Source: Octopus vulgaris
Taxonomy: Eukaryota
NCBI GenBank assembly: GCA_951406725.2
Contig: OX597817.1
Coordinates: forward strand, 8,928,001-8,992,000
Length of the DNA: 64,000 bases
Direction of reading: 5' to 3'
In this document: positions 27,635 to 40,705 of the stretch, one piece after another
How the letters are laid out: each line of letters opens with the position of its first letter
Numbering within the stretch: position 1 is the stretch's first letter
Position numbers and translations under genes: made by a program
The notes under the pieces: model-generated
The model's input: the letters and a program-made list of their open reading frames with translations, nothing else
Told to the model about the DNA's origin: nothing
Databases searched by the model: none

Positions 27635-28084
27635 GATTGTTCTGTTTATCAAGTTCGCCTTGATATTAACTCTCACGCGACTCTGCATCTTTCTTTCTTT
27701 CTCTCCCATTCCCTTTTTCGTCTTTTTTCCCTCACTTAACTTGTCTCTTCCTCTCTCTCTCCCCCTCACTGTTCTTCATGGTCTCCTCGCACCATTCCCC
27801 TTCTTCTCTCTCTTCCTCTTGCTCCTCCTCCCCCATTCCCGTCGTCCATCTGCGACGATACTTCCGTCGTAACTGCTATCCTGTCCTTTCTCGCCCGCCT
27901 TCTAAGGCCACTGGTCGACATCTTCCTCTTTCGTCGTCCACTATAATCCAGCGTTTGCAATACTTTTTTCGTCTGGCGTTAACAGCCCTTCTTATCTTGT
28001 TCTCCTTGTCCTGTTTCTCACTGTTATATATTTATTTTTCCACTGTTTATATATATATTTTTTACTGTTTATATGTTTGTACTG

Positions 28085-28435
28085 TCGTTACCGTCTTGCT
28101 TTTTTTACCCCTCTGCGAAAAGATCTCAGAATTTTAATTGATTTGCTTTTCGCAGGAAGGAATTTTTCATTCGAAGTATACGTCTCGCTTTTATCCTTCG
28201 AAACGTTTAGTAGATGAAACTTTAGCGACTGAAGAAGGGGATTTTTCGTTGTGCTTATTGTCCTGTATCTCCTTTTTTTTGCCTGTCTTGTTCCTTGGTT
28301 TGTGTCTATGTTTTTCGTCTCTCTATGTGTTCGACGTCTTTTTGGTGTCCTGTACACATATATGCGTGTATATGTACATGTAGAGGTAGGTACGTACATA
28401 TATGTTTATATATATGCATATATTTTATTAACATA
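28085..28435 (+). mobile_element. Non-coding repeat, diverged inverted homolog of 62941-63303
   Basis: Colinear similarity over about 350 bp. Confidence 0.8.
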
Positions 28436-28440
28436 TTATA

Positions 28441-28742
28441 CGACTTTGCCTTTCATCCTTTCGGGGTCGATAAATTAAGTACCAGTTACGCACTGGGGTC
28501 GATATAATCGACTTAATCCGTGTGTCTGTCCTTGTTTGTCCTCCCCGTGTTTGGCCCCTTGAGGGTTGTAAAGAAATAGGTATTTCGTCAGTCTTTACGT
28601 TCTAAGTTCAAATTCCGCTGAGGTCGACTTTGCCTTTCATCCTTTCGGGGACGATAAATCAAGTACCTGTTGCGTACTGGAGACGATATAATCGACTGCC
28701 TCCTCCCCAAAAATTTCGAGCCTTGTGCCTAGAGTAGAAAAA
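28441..28742 (+). mobile_element. SINE family 2 long form, 5'-truncated
   Basis: Reverse complement of about 12990-13292. Confidence 0.85.
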
Positions 28743-29232
28743 AATAGTTCTACGCTGAAATAACTACTAGAATCGACGTGATCGATTAAATTCTTGGAAA
28801 TGACATTCCCACATAACCGTAGTCCAAACGACTAAAACTTGTAAAAGATTTTAAAATATTAAATGTAGCAATATGTAAACATACAAAGCACACATACTAA
28901 CAGACAAACGTCTATAAGAGACATGCATGCCATACGTGTGTTGTGTATATATCTGAGTCCCTTTCGGTCACGACACTGACCATGGGATAGCACCTAGAAA
29001 ATTACTCTCCTTGGCACAACCTTGTCCGGACTTGTGCATCGGAGGGGGACTTTCTAGGTGCAATCCCATGGTCATTCATGACCGAAGGGGGTCTTAACCC
29101 ATTTGAAGGTAATTTTAGTTGTCGTTAGGTCTCATCAAAGTCGCTTATCAGTCATTAAAAGATGCTATCATATCAAGTAGAATTTACTCGTCCGCACCCT
29201 TAGACATACATACATGCATGCATACATACATA

Positions 29233-30512
29233 CGAGGGACGTTCAATAAGTAATGCCTCTGACCCACTTGCAGTTGTTTGATCTAGCATGTGCAATCATT
29301 TATATCTCTACAGAGTAAGTGGCAAATTACAGCTCTGAATTAATTGTGGTTTCTGATTTACAGGTGTTTGAACCGAGTCAAGTGTGAAATGGAGCCTGTT
29401 GAGCGTCGAGCAGTGATCCGGTTTTTGTATTTGAAAGGACGCACACCACGGGAGACTTTTGATGAAATGAAAGTAACTTATAGTGATGATGCCCTAATAT
29501 ATGACCTTGTAAAACGCTGGCATCGTGAATTCAAACATGGTCGGAACTCTGTGGAAACAGCTCCCAGATCTGGTCGCCCCCTTCTGCCATTGATGAGGCA
29601 TCTGTCCGTCAAGTTGAGGCTGCCATATTGGAAGATCGACGCATAATTATTCGCCAAATAGCCCATGAGGTCAAGATTAGTACCGGGTCTGTGGAAACTA
29701 TCATTCATGACCATTTGCATATGCAAAAGGTGTCTGCCAGATGGATTCCCAGGTTGCTCACGCCTTTCCAGAAGCAAGAACGCGTCGAGTGCTCGAGGGT
29801 GAATTTGGAGATGTGCCAAGAAGACAAGTCAAAATTTTTCAAAAGACTGATTACACAGGATGAAACCTGGGTCCATCACGATGATCCAGAGACCAAAGCC
29901 CAGTCAATGCAGTGGAAGCACCGTGACTCACCCCCTCCAAAGAAGGCAAGGGTGCAGCCCTCCGCTGGCAAGGTCATGCTCACAGTCTTCTGGGACCAGG
30001 ACGGAGTAGTGATGACAGATTTCCTGGCAAAGGGTACCACAATTGCAGGAGCCTATTATGCTTCACTTTTGAGGAAATTAAGAGAAGTTATCAAAATCAA
30101 GAGGCGGGGCAAGATCAGCAAAGGCATCCTCCTCCTGCAGGACAACGCTCCGATCCACAACTCGCTTGTCGCCAGATCAGAAGCACAGGCGTATGGCTAT
30201 GAACTCCTCCCCCATCCCCCTACTTTCCTGACCTTGCACCCTCTGATTTTCACCTCTTCCCAGCCATGAAGTTGTTTTTGAAAGGAAAGCGTTTCCCAGA
30301 TGATGCAGCCTTGATTTCTGAAGTCACGTTCAGGTTGGAGGACCAAGCTGGGGTCTTCTACAAAAACGGTCTCCAGAGCTGCATCAAACAATGGGAGAAA
30401 TGCGTAACTCTGGGTGGTTCCTATGTAGAAAAAGACTAATAACTGTGGCAAGTTTCGTTGCTCTACTGCTATGGGAAGTGGGTCAGGGGCATTACTTATT
30501 GAACGCCCCTCG
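29233..30512 (+). mobile_element. Full-length mariner transposon (1280 bp)
   Basis: TA target duplication at 29231-32 and 30513-14; TIRs CGAGGGACGTTCAATAAGTAATGCCTCTGACCCACTT / AAGTGGGTCAGGGGCATTACTTATTGAACGCCCCTCG. Confidence 0.97.
29389..30439 (+). pseudogene. Mariner DD34D transposase with two frameshifts
   Basis: HTH N-terminus, RSGRP, WIPRLL, TQDETW, QDNA, PDLAPSDFHLF; frameshifts near 29580 and 30218. Confidence 0.93.
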
Positions 30513-30552
30513 TACTTACATACAGATATGCATGCATACATACATACATATT

Positions 30553-30883
30553 GAGACCCCCTTCGGTCATGACTGACCGTGGGATTGCACCTAGAAAGTT
30601 ACCCTCCCAGGCACAAGTCCGGGCAAGATTGTTTATGGAAGACCAGCAGTCGCCCATGCATACCGGCTTCCCCTCTCCACGCCACCAGTGTTATCCAAGG
30701 GAAAGGCAAAGGGGCCGATACAGCTTGGCACCTTGTGACGTCGCAACTCATTTTTACAGCTGAGTAAACTGGAGCAACGTGAAATAAAGTGTCTTGCTCA
30801 AGGACACAACACGCAACTCGGTCCGGGATTCGAACTCACAACCTCACGATCGTAAGCTCGACGCTCTAACCACTGAGCCATGC
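30553..30883 (-). mobile_element. tRNA-derived SINE family 4
   Basis: Head GCATGGCTCAGTGGTTAGAGCG..GAGTTCGAATCC followed by GTGTCCTTGAGCAAGACACTT; homolog at 38124-38459. Confidence 0.85.
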
Positions 30884-31415
30884 TATATATATATATATAT
30901 ATAGTAATGTATCTATCATACACGAAACTTTGTTTTAGCTTAATGTAATAATATTTTCATTTCATTCTCATTTCCTTATTAGCTGTTACTCTTATTAGAT
31001 TAAATCCAAAAAATAACTTTTTTTTATAGGCTGTCTTTAGTTTTTTCTGTGTCTTTGACCTCTTCTCAGGATTCTTTATGAATAAAGCAGTATGTAGCTA
31101 ACTGCTGACGTTTGCAAAAGCGATAAACGTTTAGGTTAGAGGGGTTTTTTTGTTTGTTTTTGTAATGATTGTTAGTGAGCGGTTACTGACACAGGTTACA
31201 GGCTTCCTTGAAATAAACAAGTTATCTTGGAATTAAATTTGGACAGTTTTACATTAAAATAGGAAAATATCACATTTCTAAAATATTTTTGTTGAGATGC
31301 TGATATCTTTTATTGCAGTTCTTCCTTTTTGTTAATGAAGCGTAAATGGAATTTCAGAGCAAATTGGTTGACAGATTTATTTAAATAGATAGAAAGCTTA
31401 ATAGATAGACTGATA

Positions 31416-31450
<35 letters not shown>

Positions 31451-31829
31451 ACGAACAATTATATTAGACTCATTGACCTAAACCGGTGTAACAGTTTCTA
31501 TCTCTAAAATATGGCTGGTATGTAGCTGCCATGTTTTTTCACTCACGCTTGTGACGATTGACGAAAATGATATCCGATACGGCTTGAACTTGTGATCTCC
31601 TTATCTATTTAATGGTTCTAGGTTCCTTGAACGTAGTGTGTACTTACCGTCTACAAGATGTTTTCAACATTCCTTTCCGTGTAGCCATGAATTGCTTAGG
31701 TTAATAATAGATCGTTTATTCTGACCAAAAATGTTAGGCCAGCTCAACAGAAGTGAATGACACTTTGAGTAAACGATGAGGGTGGGTGTTTATTTTGGTA
31801 GTGTAGGAAAAATGAATATTAGTTTCAAA

Positions 31830-32032
31830 TTTTGTCACAATGCCAGGAATTTCGGAGGAGGGAACAAGTCGATTACATCGACTCCAGTGTTCAACTGGTA
31901 CTTATTTTATCGACCCCGATAGGCTGAAAGGCAAAAACGATCCCGGCAGAATTTGGATTCTTAACATAAAGACGGGCAAAATGCCGCTAAGCATTTCGTC
32001 CAGCGAACTAACAATTCTGGCAGCTTGTCGCT
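31830..32032 (-). mobile_element. SINE family 2, diverged
   Basis: CAACTGGTACTTATTTTATCGACCCC..GCTAAGCATTTCG. Confidence 0.75.
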
Positions 32033-34230
32033 TTAGATAAAATAAATATTGGAGTTAATTCAAATCATAAGAAACTGCTGCAGTATCAGTTAATAAACTA
32101 TTAAGAAAAATACTCAATCTTGGAATGAAGAATAAAATAAAGGAAGAAGGAATTTTCAGAACAAAAGAAGCCGGTTAGAAAAGTGTTGCAACTAAGAACT
32201 GTATTATCTTGAAAACTATAAACAAGCAATGAAGACATTCTGAAAATTTTATAGGGCAAATTAATTGTACCATGTTTTATAAAAGATTGTATAAGATACA
32301 TAAAAAGCAGTAGACTTCTATTTTGCATAATTATTGTATTGTTATGTGTCTTATGTCAACTGCCCTCCTGGTGAAATTTAGTTTGTCGTTAAAATACATG
32401 TATAGAGTAAGACAGCATTACACCCTTCGTTTTAAAAATTGGGACTTGTGCTAAAAACAATCAGTTGAAACTACATTAGTTCCCCGAGGAAATCTTAAGT
32501 ACTGAAGATTAGAATCAAGTTTCTGTGATCGAGAAACTGCAACTCGAATTTAGTGGATTCAATTACAAATAGAAACCGTTTCGTTTCACTTGTGTTACTG
32601 CTGTTGTTGTTGTTGCTACTACTGTTCAAACCTAAGTTAACTCTGATCAAGCTGACAGACCAATGATCAAACACGACTGCATTAATTAATGTTCGGTTTT
32701 TTTTGCTTTGTTTTTTTTTTTTTTGTTAAAGCTACGGTTTTGAATTTTCCCAGGGTTATCTCCCTTCGGTATTTCCCATTCAGGAAGGCTAGAGAGCCAG
32801 AAACGGCCGTCTGGGAACCCAATAGTGGGGAAGCACTGGATGGATATGGTGTTTCTACACTTTTTACCATAAGAGAGAATTTTTCTCCTCGGTAACTGTT
32901 GAGAATTTAGAAGTTAAAATATGCCACAAACATATTTTAGCCAAATAAAAGTTCGTTTATTTACAATCACTACTTGGCGTTGATGCTGTTATATTTATTC
33001 CAACCAGGCGGTCGAATAAGCACAACTCAGTCACTGATGTTGACTGTTTTTTAGTGGAAGTTACAACTTTGAATCTGCTCACGGTTATCTCCCTTCAGTA
33101 TTTCTCATTGAGGAAGTCTAAAGAACTAATGATGAAACTGGATTTTTTTTTGTTAGCATTGTAGACGAAAATGCATAGGAATATTAATGTCACATTTCTT
33201 TGTTTGAATGTTCGTATTCGTGCTTAACTTCATAAACGGCGTTTAAACGTGGAAGTGAATATGTTTGCGCCATATCTTTAGAATTTGAAACGTATATGCT
33301 TTTATAAAATAACAAAAAGTTAATTAATCACTAACATGCTGATGAGCAATGCCCAGTGAAATATGTTGAATTACTTGCTTTTTTAAAACTGACCTTCCTT
33401 TAAAGGATTGGTCCTCTGAACAGTGTTGAATGTTTTACTTATGGTGGAGAAGTGATTGATTAATGACATTAATCAAACAACATCTCAATAGGTTAAAAGA
33501 TTTAGGAAGGATTTTCACTTGATGACTGACTGGTGAAGAAAAAATGAGTTTATTGTATAAAAACTTAACTTTATGTGTTATTAATGATTCTATTCATAAT
33601 TGCTACGTACTTTCGGTCATCTAAATGAGAGGGGAAGAAACGTATGTGAAAAGAGAGATATGGTTCTATGTGAGAAAATGTTTGGTATGAAATACAGGTG
33701 ATAAGATAACGTTGCGATAAAAGACAAACCTCTAAGAATAGCCAATGTCCGTGTGTTTATATTTATGTTTGTCTATCAATCAAAAATGTTTTACTTTGAT
33801 GTGGCTGAATATGTGTTTGTGTTCGTATACGTGTGTCTGAAAATATAAGCGTGCGTGTGAATGTGTGTGTGTGTGTGGTAGTTGTACTGTCCCAGGATGT
33901 AGGTAATGTTTTAGTTTAGGAAATATTCGTGTTTTGCAAGCAAGTTAACAACTCAGGCCTGTGCGGTTACGAAAAGGATTGGTGCAGTCATTCAATTTAT
34001 AATGTCAAAAGTTTAATATAAAAGTGGTGTAAACCGTCTGAGGTCAAACAAGAAGAGTTATGACATTCCACCAGGAGATATAAGCCAAGAGGATGCGAGC
34101 CAACAGGGAACAATCTTCTATGTTGCTCAGCAAATCAGAGCATATTTGCTTACAGCCGTGGCCAAAAGTTTGGAACATAGGTCTGAAAATTAGAATTTTT
34201 ATAATAAATGCCCAAATATATATACATGAA

Positions 34231-34440
34231 TCGCCGTGTTGAATCGCTAGCTTCTGCACGCATTTTTTTCTCTCCTTGTTTCTCTCCGTGTTTCTTTTCT
34301 GTGTATCTTTCTGTTGAAGAGCGTAGGCTCGAAACGTAAAAGACTTGTTTTATTTATATTCCTGAGTGCCATACTAATACAATTGTTTGTTTGTACTCCA
34401 CCTGCCTTCGTCTTTTGTTTATTTTCATAAAGCTTCCCGT
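34231..34440 (+). mobile_element. 210-bp insertion carrying a minimal HHR variant, with 14-bp target duplication
   Basis: TATATATACATGAA at 34217-34230 and 34441-34454; HHR-like motif at 34306-34343. Confidence 0.8.
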
Positions 34441-34519
34441 TATATATACATGAACATAATTGTAATTGGACATAATGTTAATTTTATTTTTTAATGTTCC
34501 ATACTGTAGGTCATCTTAG

Positions 34520-35030
34520 AAACATTGTCTCAAAGAAGTCTGTATTATGATGACTGGAACATCTTGGATTAACTATTCTGCATGATCAGAAACGACTAAG
34601 CGCTCAAAGAACCGAACGGTTCAATCAGCATATAGTGTAAATCTTTGATATTATACTTAGAAGGTGACCTTTTATGGCATTCTTTGTTCTGCATAGATGA
34701 TAAAATCTTTGTACATCACGTACCATAACGAACTGCGGGTTATTCAAAGTAACGTGATAATAGTCTTCTTATACCTGCCGTTAGTTCATGTCAATATCCT
34801 ACTTTGTATCATATTACATTTCTCCCACCTTGAGACGTAGGCTGATAACATTAGAGTGACATGCATTCTAATTGAAACCCGTTGATACCCGGTTTATAAT
34901 GGTGCACACAAATAGTGGAATCTGGGGAGGTGACTACTGGAAATAAAAGCGATCATAGTGATGGTGTAAGCAATATTCCACTGCGTCAGACCAAACATTA
35001 TAGAATGCAATTGTCGGTTGAGACAGAACG
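34520..35030 (+). pseudogene. Degenerate R4/Dong-like RT fragment
   Basis: EHLGL, NSLLIPAVS and GR*LLEIK (compare KYLG, NSLAIPV, GGRGLL). Confidence 0.4.
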
Positions 35031-35196
35031 AAGCTGTAGATATTTCAATGTGTTTAAAAATACACGTTTAGTGTTTGCGTAGAACAGGTTGGAGAAGGGA
35101 GAGGAAGAAAAAAGAGGAGCGGGACAAAGTGAGAGCAAGAATGCAGGGGTAAAAGAGATTTAGCATTACTAATGTTAAGTAGTGTAGGAGTCACGG

Positions 35197-35585
35197 TGTG
35201 GAGGCGCAATGGCCCAGTGGTTAGGGCAGCGGACTCGCGGTCGTAGGATCGCGGTTTCGATTCCCAGACCGGGCGTTGTGAGTGTTTATTGAGCGAAAAC
35301 ACCTAAAAGCTCCACGAGGCTCCGGCAGGGACGGTGGTGATCCCTGCTGTACTCTTTCATAACAACTTTCACTCACTCTTACTTCCTGTTTCTGTTGTAT
35401 CTGTATTTCAAAGGGCCGACCTTGTCACTCTCTGTGTCACACTGAATATCCCCGAGAACTACGTTAAGGGTACACGTGTCTGTGGAGTGCTCAGCCACTT
35501 ACACGTTAATTTCACGAGCAGGCTGTTCCGTTGATTCGGATCAACCGGAACCCTCGTCGTCGTAACCGACGGAGTGCTTCCACTT
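35197..35585 (+). mobile_element. tRNA-derived SINE family 3, full length
   Basis: TGGCCCAGTGGTTAGGGCAG (A box), GGTTTCGATTCC (B box), tail ending CTTCCACTTCCAC. Confidence 0.85.
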
Positions 35586-36373
35586 CCACAGGAGTCGCGG
35601 TGAGGTATGTAGATATATTCGCAAACGACTGGATATGTACAGTCGAGACGAGGAGCGGTGAGTTGAAGTTGACATATAGCAATAAATTGCACAGCTCCAA
35701 CATCTAAATGGCTTTTGACATTTATTTTACAGTGTTGGTGATACGAACTAACGATGGGTAAGAGGCTTATTATCATGTTAAGTTTGACTACTTCGGAGCG
35801 TGTTATGGTATGCGATGTATAAAGATTTATGATTTAAGCAGGACACAGTAGGTTATGGATTTTACTGTTAATTGATAAGTGACATTATTTTTATTATTTT
35901 CATTTTGAATTCTATTTCGATCAAATGTTTTTGCTGGAAAATACGTCAAATGCTGATATTTCTCGTTTAGGGATGGTACGATGTTGTCTATGTGGCCATC
36001 GCATCTGAGTGATCACATGACATATTTAACTATTAATCGTCGACAAAACAGATTAGGGACCTTTATGCGGTCGTTCAGCTATCGTCCGACAAGAAGCAAT
36101 CGCGTTTGTCTGTCTATCTGTCTGCCTGCCTGTCTGCCTACTGTCTGTATGTATGTATATATATGTCGTAGGTATATATGCACGTATGTACGTATGTATC
36201 TATGCATCTATGTATGTGCATGGCATGTATTTGTCCTTGCAGCACTTTTTAACCGTTGTTGGATTGTTTACTTTCCCGTGATCTTGTAGTTCGACAAAAG
36301 AAACCGATAGAATATATATCATACATAAAAAAAGAATAAATACTAGGTTGATTTGTTCGAATAACCCCTTGAA

Positions 36374-36626
36374 AGTGAATCCAGGTAAAAAAAAAAAAGA
36401 GTCATAGGTAAAAAAAACGTCACGGTAATAAAGTCACAGGAAAAAAGTCTCAGAGGTTTTTTCGGGGGTGGGGATGGGGGTTGTCCGAGGAGGTTTTGTC
36501 CTAGGTGTGTTTGTCCGGATCCCATAAATTAATTACGACATTTTATCCTGTGGTTTTATTACCTGTCACCATAAATAAATTATGGCTTTTTTCCTAGCCT
36601 AAATTGTGACTTTATTACCGGTCACC
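36374..36626. mobile_element. MITE-like insertion within the 3' part of a family 1 SINE
   Basis: CGGTAATAAAGTCACA / TGTGACTTTATTACCG inverted motifs; interrupts the SINE tail between CCCTTGAA and CCCTCGAA. Confidence 0.55.
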
Positions 36627-37553
36627 CTCGAAGGTAGTACTCCAGCATGACCGCATTTCAGTGATTGAAACAAATAAAAGATCAACCATTCTTAGTCATA
36701 ACAACAGACAAAAATATGCTTCCCTAAGAAGGTCTGATAAGCCTCAAACATGTCTGTTGCTTTCTTTAGTTATATTAATGCTCAAATCCATTCCAGCCTG
36801 CGCTGAATGTATGATGGAAAACTCCGGTCGATGTATAGTTATCTTCATTCCCTCCATTTTATTTTCAATCACTCTGGAGGGAGATTTTGTGTACTTAGTA
36901 CTTGGATAATCTCAATTAATGATTTACTTCACTGCATTATATGTGAGACGCTATTGCATCTGTATTTTTATGCATATATATATATATGTGTGTGTGTGTA
37001 TAAATAAATATATATATATGTGTATGTATATGTATATATATATGTATGTATATATATATATGTATATAAAAATGTATATATACATCTATACATATACATT
37101 TATATATATACATGCATATATATATACATATATATATATACATGCATATATATATACATATATACATATACATTTATATATATATGCATATATATACATA
37201 AACGTATATACATATATGTATATATACACACATATTCAATTATGAATTAGAATCAGTGCTAGTGTTGTTAACGTTATCGACCACACGTACTCAGTGTATG
37301 TGTTTTGCTTGTTCGCCGGTATGCTGCAGTTTTAGCATGGTGCGGATGACTCCCTCAAAGCACTGGGTGTTAAACACCCGAAAGCCACAGATGGCGGACA
37401 GCAATTGTTTCTGTGCATTAGCATGAACTGTTAATTGCTGAGTGTTTCAATATACATATTATATAAATATTGTATAAACTTGATCGAGCAATAGCTATAT
37501 ACCTGCACGTCATCAGATGAGTGGCTGTAAGGGAACCGCCGGATCATGTATAG

Positions 37554-37829
37554 CAGTGGTTCTCCATCGGGGTCCATATGGCCCTTTTAGGTGGTGGTAG
37601 TGGTGGTGGGACACATAAACTTTTATTGTTAAAATTTAAGGGCAAGAATTTACTTATACTTCTAAAAAGCACAAACTCTTTTAACAATATTTTTATACCG
37701 TTCGTAATGATATCTAATTATTTAAAAGATATATGATTTTTTAATCATCAAATAATTATGTGGGTCCATCCATGCAAAATAGGAATCAAAGGGGGTCCAT
37801 AGTTTTTTAAAAATGGCTGAGAAGCACTG
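37554..37829. mobile_element. hAT-type MITE
   Basis: TIRs CAGTGGTTCTC / GAGAAGCACTG; flanks ATGTATAG / ACCTATAG (6 of 8 match). Confidence 0.75.
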
Positions 37830-37874
37830 ACCTATAGTCTCTCATTGTTTTATACTTATATGTATGTATGCATG

Positions 37875-37908
<34 letters not shown>

Positions 37909-37942
37909 TGTATGTATGTATGCATGTATGTATGTATGTATG

Positions 37943-37976
<34 letters not shown>

Positions 37977-38123
37977 TGTATGTATGTATGAATGTATGTA
38001 TGTGTGTATGTATGTCTAAGGGTTCGGGCGAGTAAATTCTTTTTGGTATGATAGCATCTCTTAATGACTGATAAGCGACTGTGATGAAACCTGACGACAA
38101 CTAAAATTACCTTAAAAAGTGTT

Positions 38124-38459
38124 AAGACTTCCTTCGGTCATGAATGATCATGGGATTAGACCTAGAATGTTCCCATCCGATGCACAAAGTCCGGACAAGG
38201 TTGTTTTACGGAAGACCAGCAGTTGCCCATGCATACAAGCCTCCCCTCTCCACGTCACCGATGTTATTTATCCAAGAGAAAGACAAAGGCCGATACAGCT
38301 TGGCACCAGTGACATCGCAACTCATTTCAACAGCTGAGTGATCTGGAGCGAGGTAAAATAAAATGTCATGCTCAAGAACGCAACACAAAGCCCTGTCCGG
38401 GAATCGAACTCATTACCTCATGATTGTGAACCCGACGCTGTATCCACTGAACCATGTGC
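38124..38459 (-). mobile_element. SINE family 4
   Basis: Homologous to 30553-30883. Confidence 0.8.
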
Positions 38460-38797
38460 TTTAAGCAGAGATTTAAGTAGACTGGCAGACGGGCTGGTAT
38501 CCCTGTATGGTAGCAACTTGACTACGCGCAAATGACTTCCTTTCAAATAAAATGCTTACAAACCACGGAAGATAAGGAATTATTCTAGTTCGTATATTTG
38601 CAACATTATTATTTTAGTGTGTTAATCTATCTTCATAAAAGGCGTGACACGCCTATCTTAATAATAAACGGATTGAATAAGGATGTTTTGTTAATTTATA
38701 TTTTACATTGTTGATGACATATACACAAGAGACGATCGAACCGGGGAGCTACTAGTAGGAAATTGATACATACATACATTCACACACACATATGTGC

Positions 38798-38870
<73 letters not shown>

Positions 38871-38908
38871 ACATACATACATTCACATGTACAAGCACAT
38901 ATATGTGC

Positions 38909-39058
<150 letters not shown>

Positions 39059-39060
39059 GC

Positions 39061-39124
<64 letters not shown>

Positions 39125-39935
39125 TCCATTCTTCACTGAAATGGAATTCAACAAACAATTCTGATATATTACATTATATAACTTTTATGATTCCTGCTAA
39201 AAGTAGTGGTCAAATGTCATATTCAAATCACACCCTATTGCATTACCTACAGGGCTCTTTGGATAATGAAGTCCTGGGTTCCACACACACGGGAAAAGTA
39301 GAATGGTCGTGGCTTGAATGGGTTTCAGTATAAGTCGTCTGCTCGACGACTGCTAAGCTGGGTTAACCAAAAGAAAGATTAAAAAAAGACAAAACTACAA
39401 CTGTAGGCATTTTTGTTTTTCTTCTTGTTGCATTTTCTGTCAGTGAAACACAGCATTACTATATAATAACTGAATCCAAATTTTTTTTCTCTGCATCGTC
39501 ATTAGTACTTGTATTTATTAGTATATAAGTTGCAGTCTGAAGCCGGAACTTGACTAAGGATGTCCTCACAAATCAATTCAACAAACCAACCAACAGTAAC
39601 CGTTTCTTGTGTAAACAGGACGAAGTCATTGCAAGGCGGATGGGTGGACAGTGAAAATAACGACTGCCGTTGAAAAGGAAAATTAATGCTTGTTGGGCGT
39701 GGATGACCAAATGACAAGAGAGGGTGTGAAGTGGGGTGGATATGAAAAGACAGGCAGACAGACGGATAGACAGAGAGACAGACTGAGATAGGTAGAGAAG
39801 GATATAAGTATTTATGTATGTCATTGTTCAGTTTTATTTCAAGATTTCTTGCCAATAGAGAAAGAACCGGTTTCTAACCCAGAACCAAGGCTCCTTCATG
39901 GGAATTTCAACATCAACAACAGGGCATGTTTGTTT

Positions 39936-40539
39936 GCATGTATGTATGTATGTATGTATGTATGTATGTATGTATGTATGTATGTATGTATGTATATATG
40001 TATGTATGTATGTATGTGTGTTTGTGTGTATGTATGTATGTATACATGTATGTATGTATAATGTATGTATGTATGTATGTATGTATGTATGTATGTATGT
40101 ATGTATGTATGTATGTATGTATGTATGTATGTATACATGTATGTATGTATAATGTATTATGTATGTATGTATGTATGTATGTATGTATGTATACATGTAT
40201 GTATGTATAATGTATTATGTATGTATGTATGTATGTATACATGTATGTATGTATGTATGCACGTATGTATGTATGTATGTATGTATGTTGTATGTATGTA
40301 TGTATGTATGTATGTATGTATGTATGTATGTATGTATGTATTATGTATGTATTATGTATGTATGTATGTATGTATGTATGTATGTATGTATGTATGTATG
40401 TATGTATAATGTATTATGTATGTATGTATGTATGTATACATGTATGTATGTATGTATGTATGTATGCATGTATGTATGCATGTATGTATGTATGTAGGTA
40501 TGTATGTATGTATGTATGTAGGCAGGTATGTATGTATAC

Positions 40540-40572
<33 letters not shown>

Positions 40573-40598
40573 TGTATGTATGTATGTATGTATGTATG
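39936..40598. repeat. (TATG)n microsatellite with higher-order variants
   Basis: Seen directly; a second tract lies at 41701-41966. Confidence 0.95.
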
Positions 40599-40671
40599 TC
40601 CATAAGCATAGAGATTTACTTCCTCATGTGTATGAGTGTGTGTGCGAGTGTGTCTGTATGTGCGCATGTAC

Positions 40672-40705
<34 letters not shown>

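Noticed and set aside
35197-35275. tRNA-like sequences (also 85-158, 30810-30883 and other SINE heads)
   Set aside because: They continue into repeated SINE bodies and lack a proper acceptor stem and terminator.
35733-35757. 25-bp AG/GT-bounded micro-exon candidate
   Set aside because: Not frame-compatible with the 32754 candidate, and such sites are common by chance.
39520-39740. TATA-like, ETS, FOX and KLF-like motifs with a short ORF
   Set aside because: Short motifs with inconsistent orientation and no downstream gene evidence.
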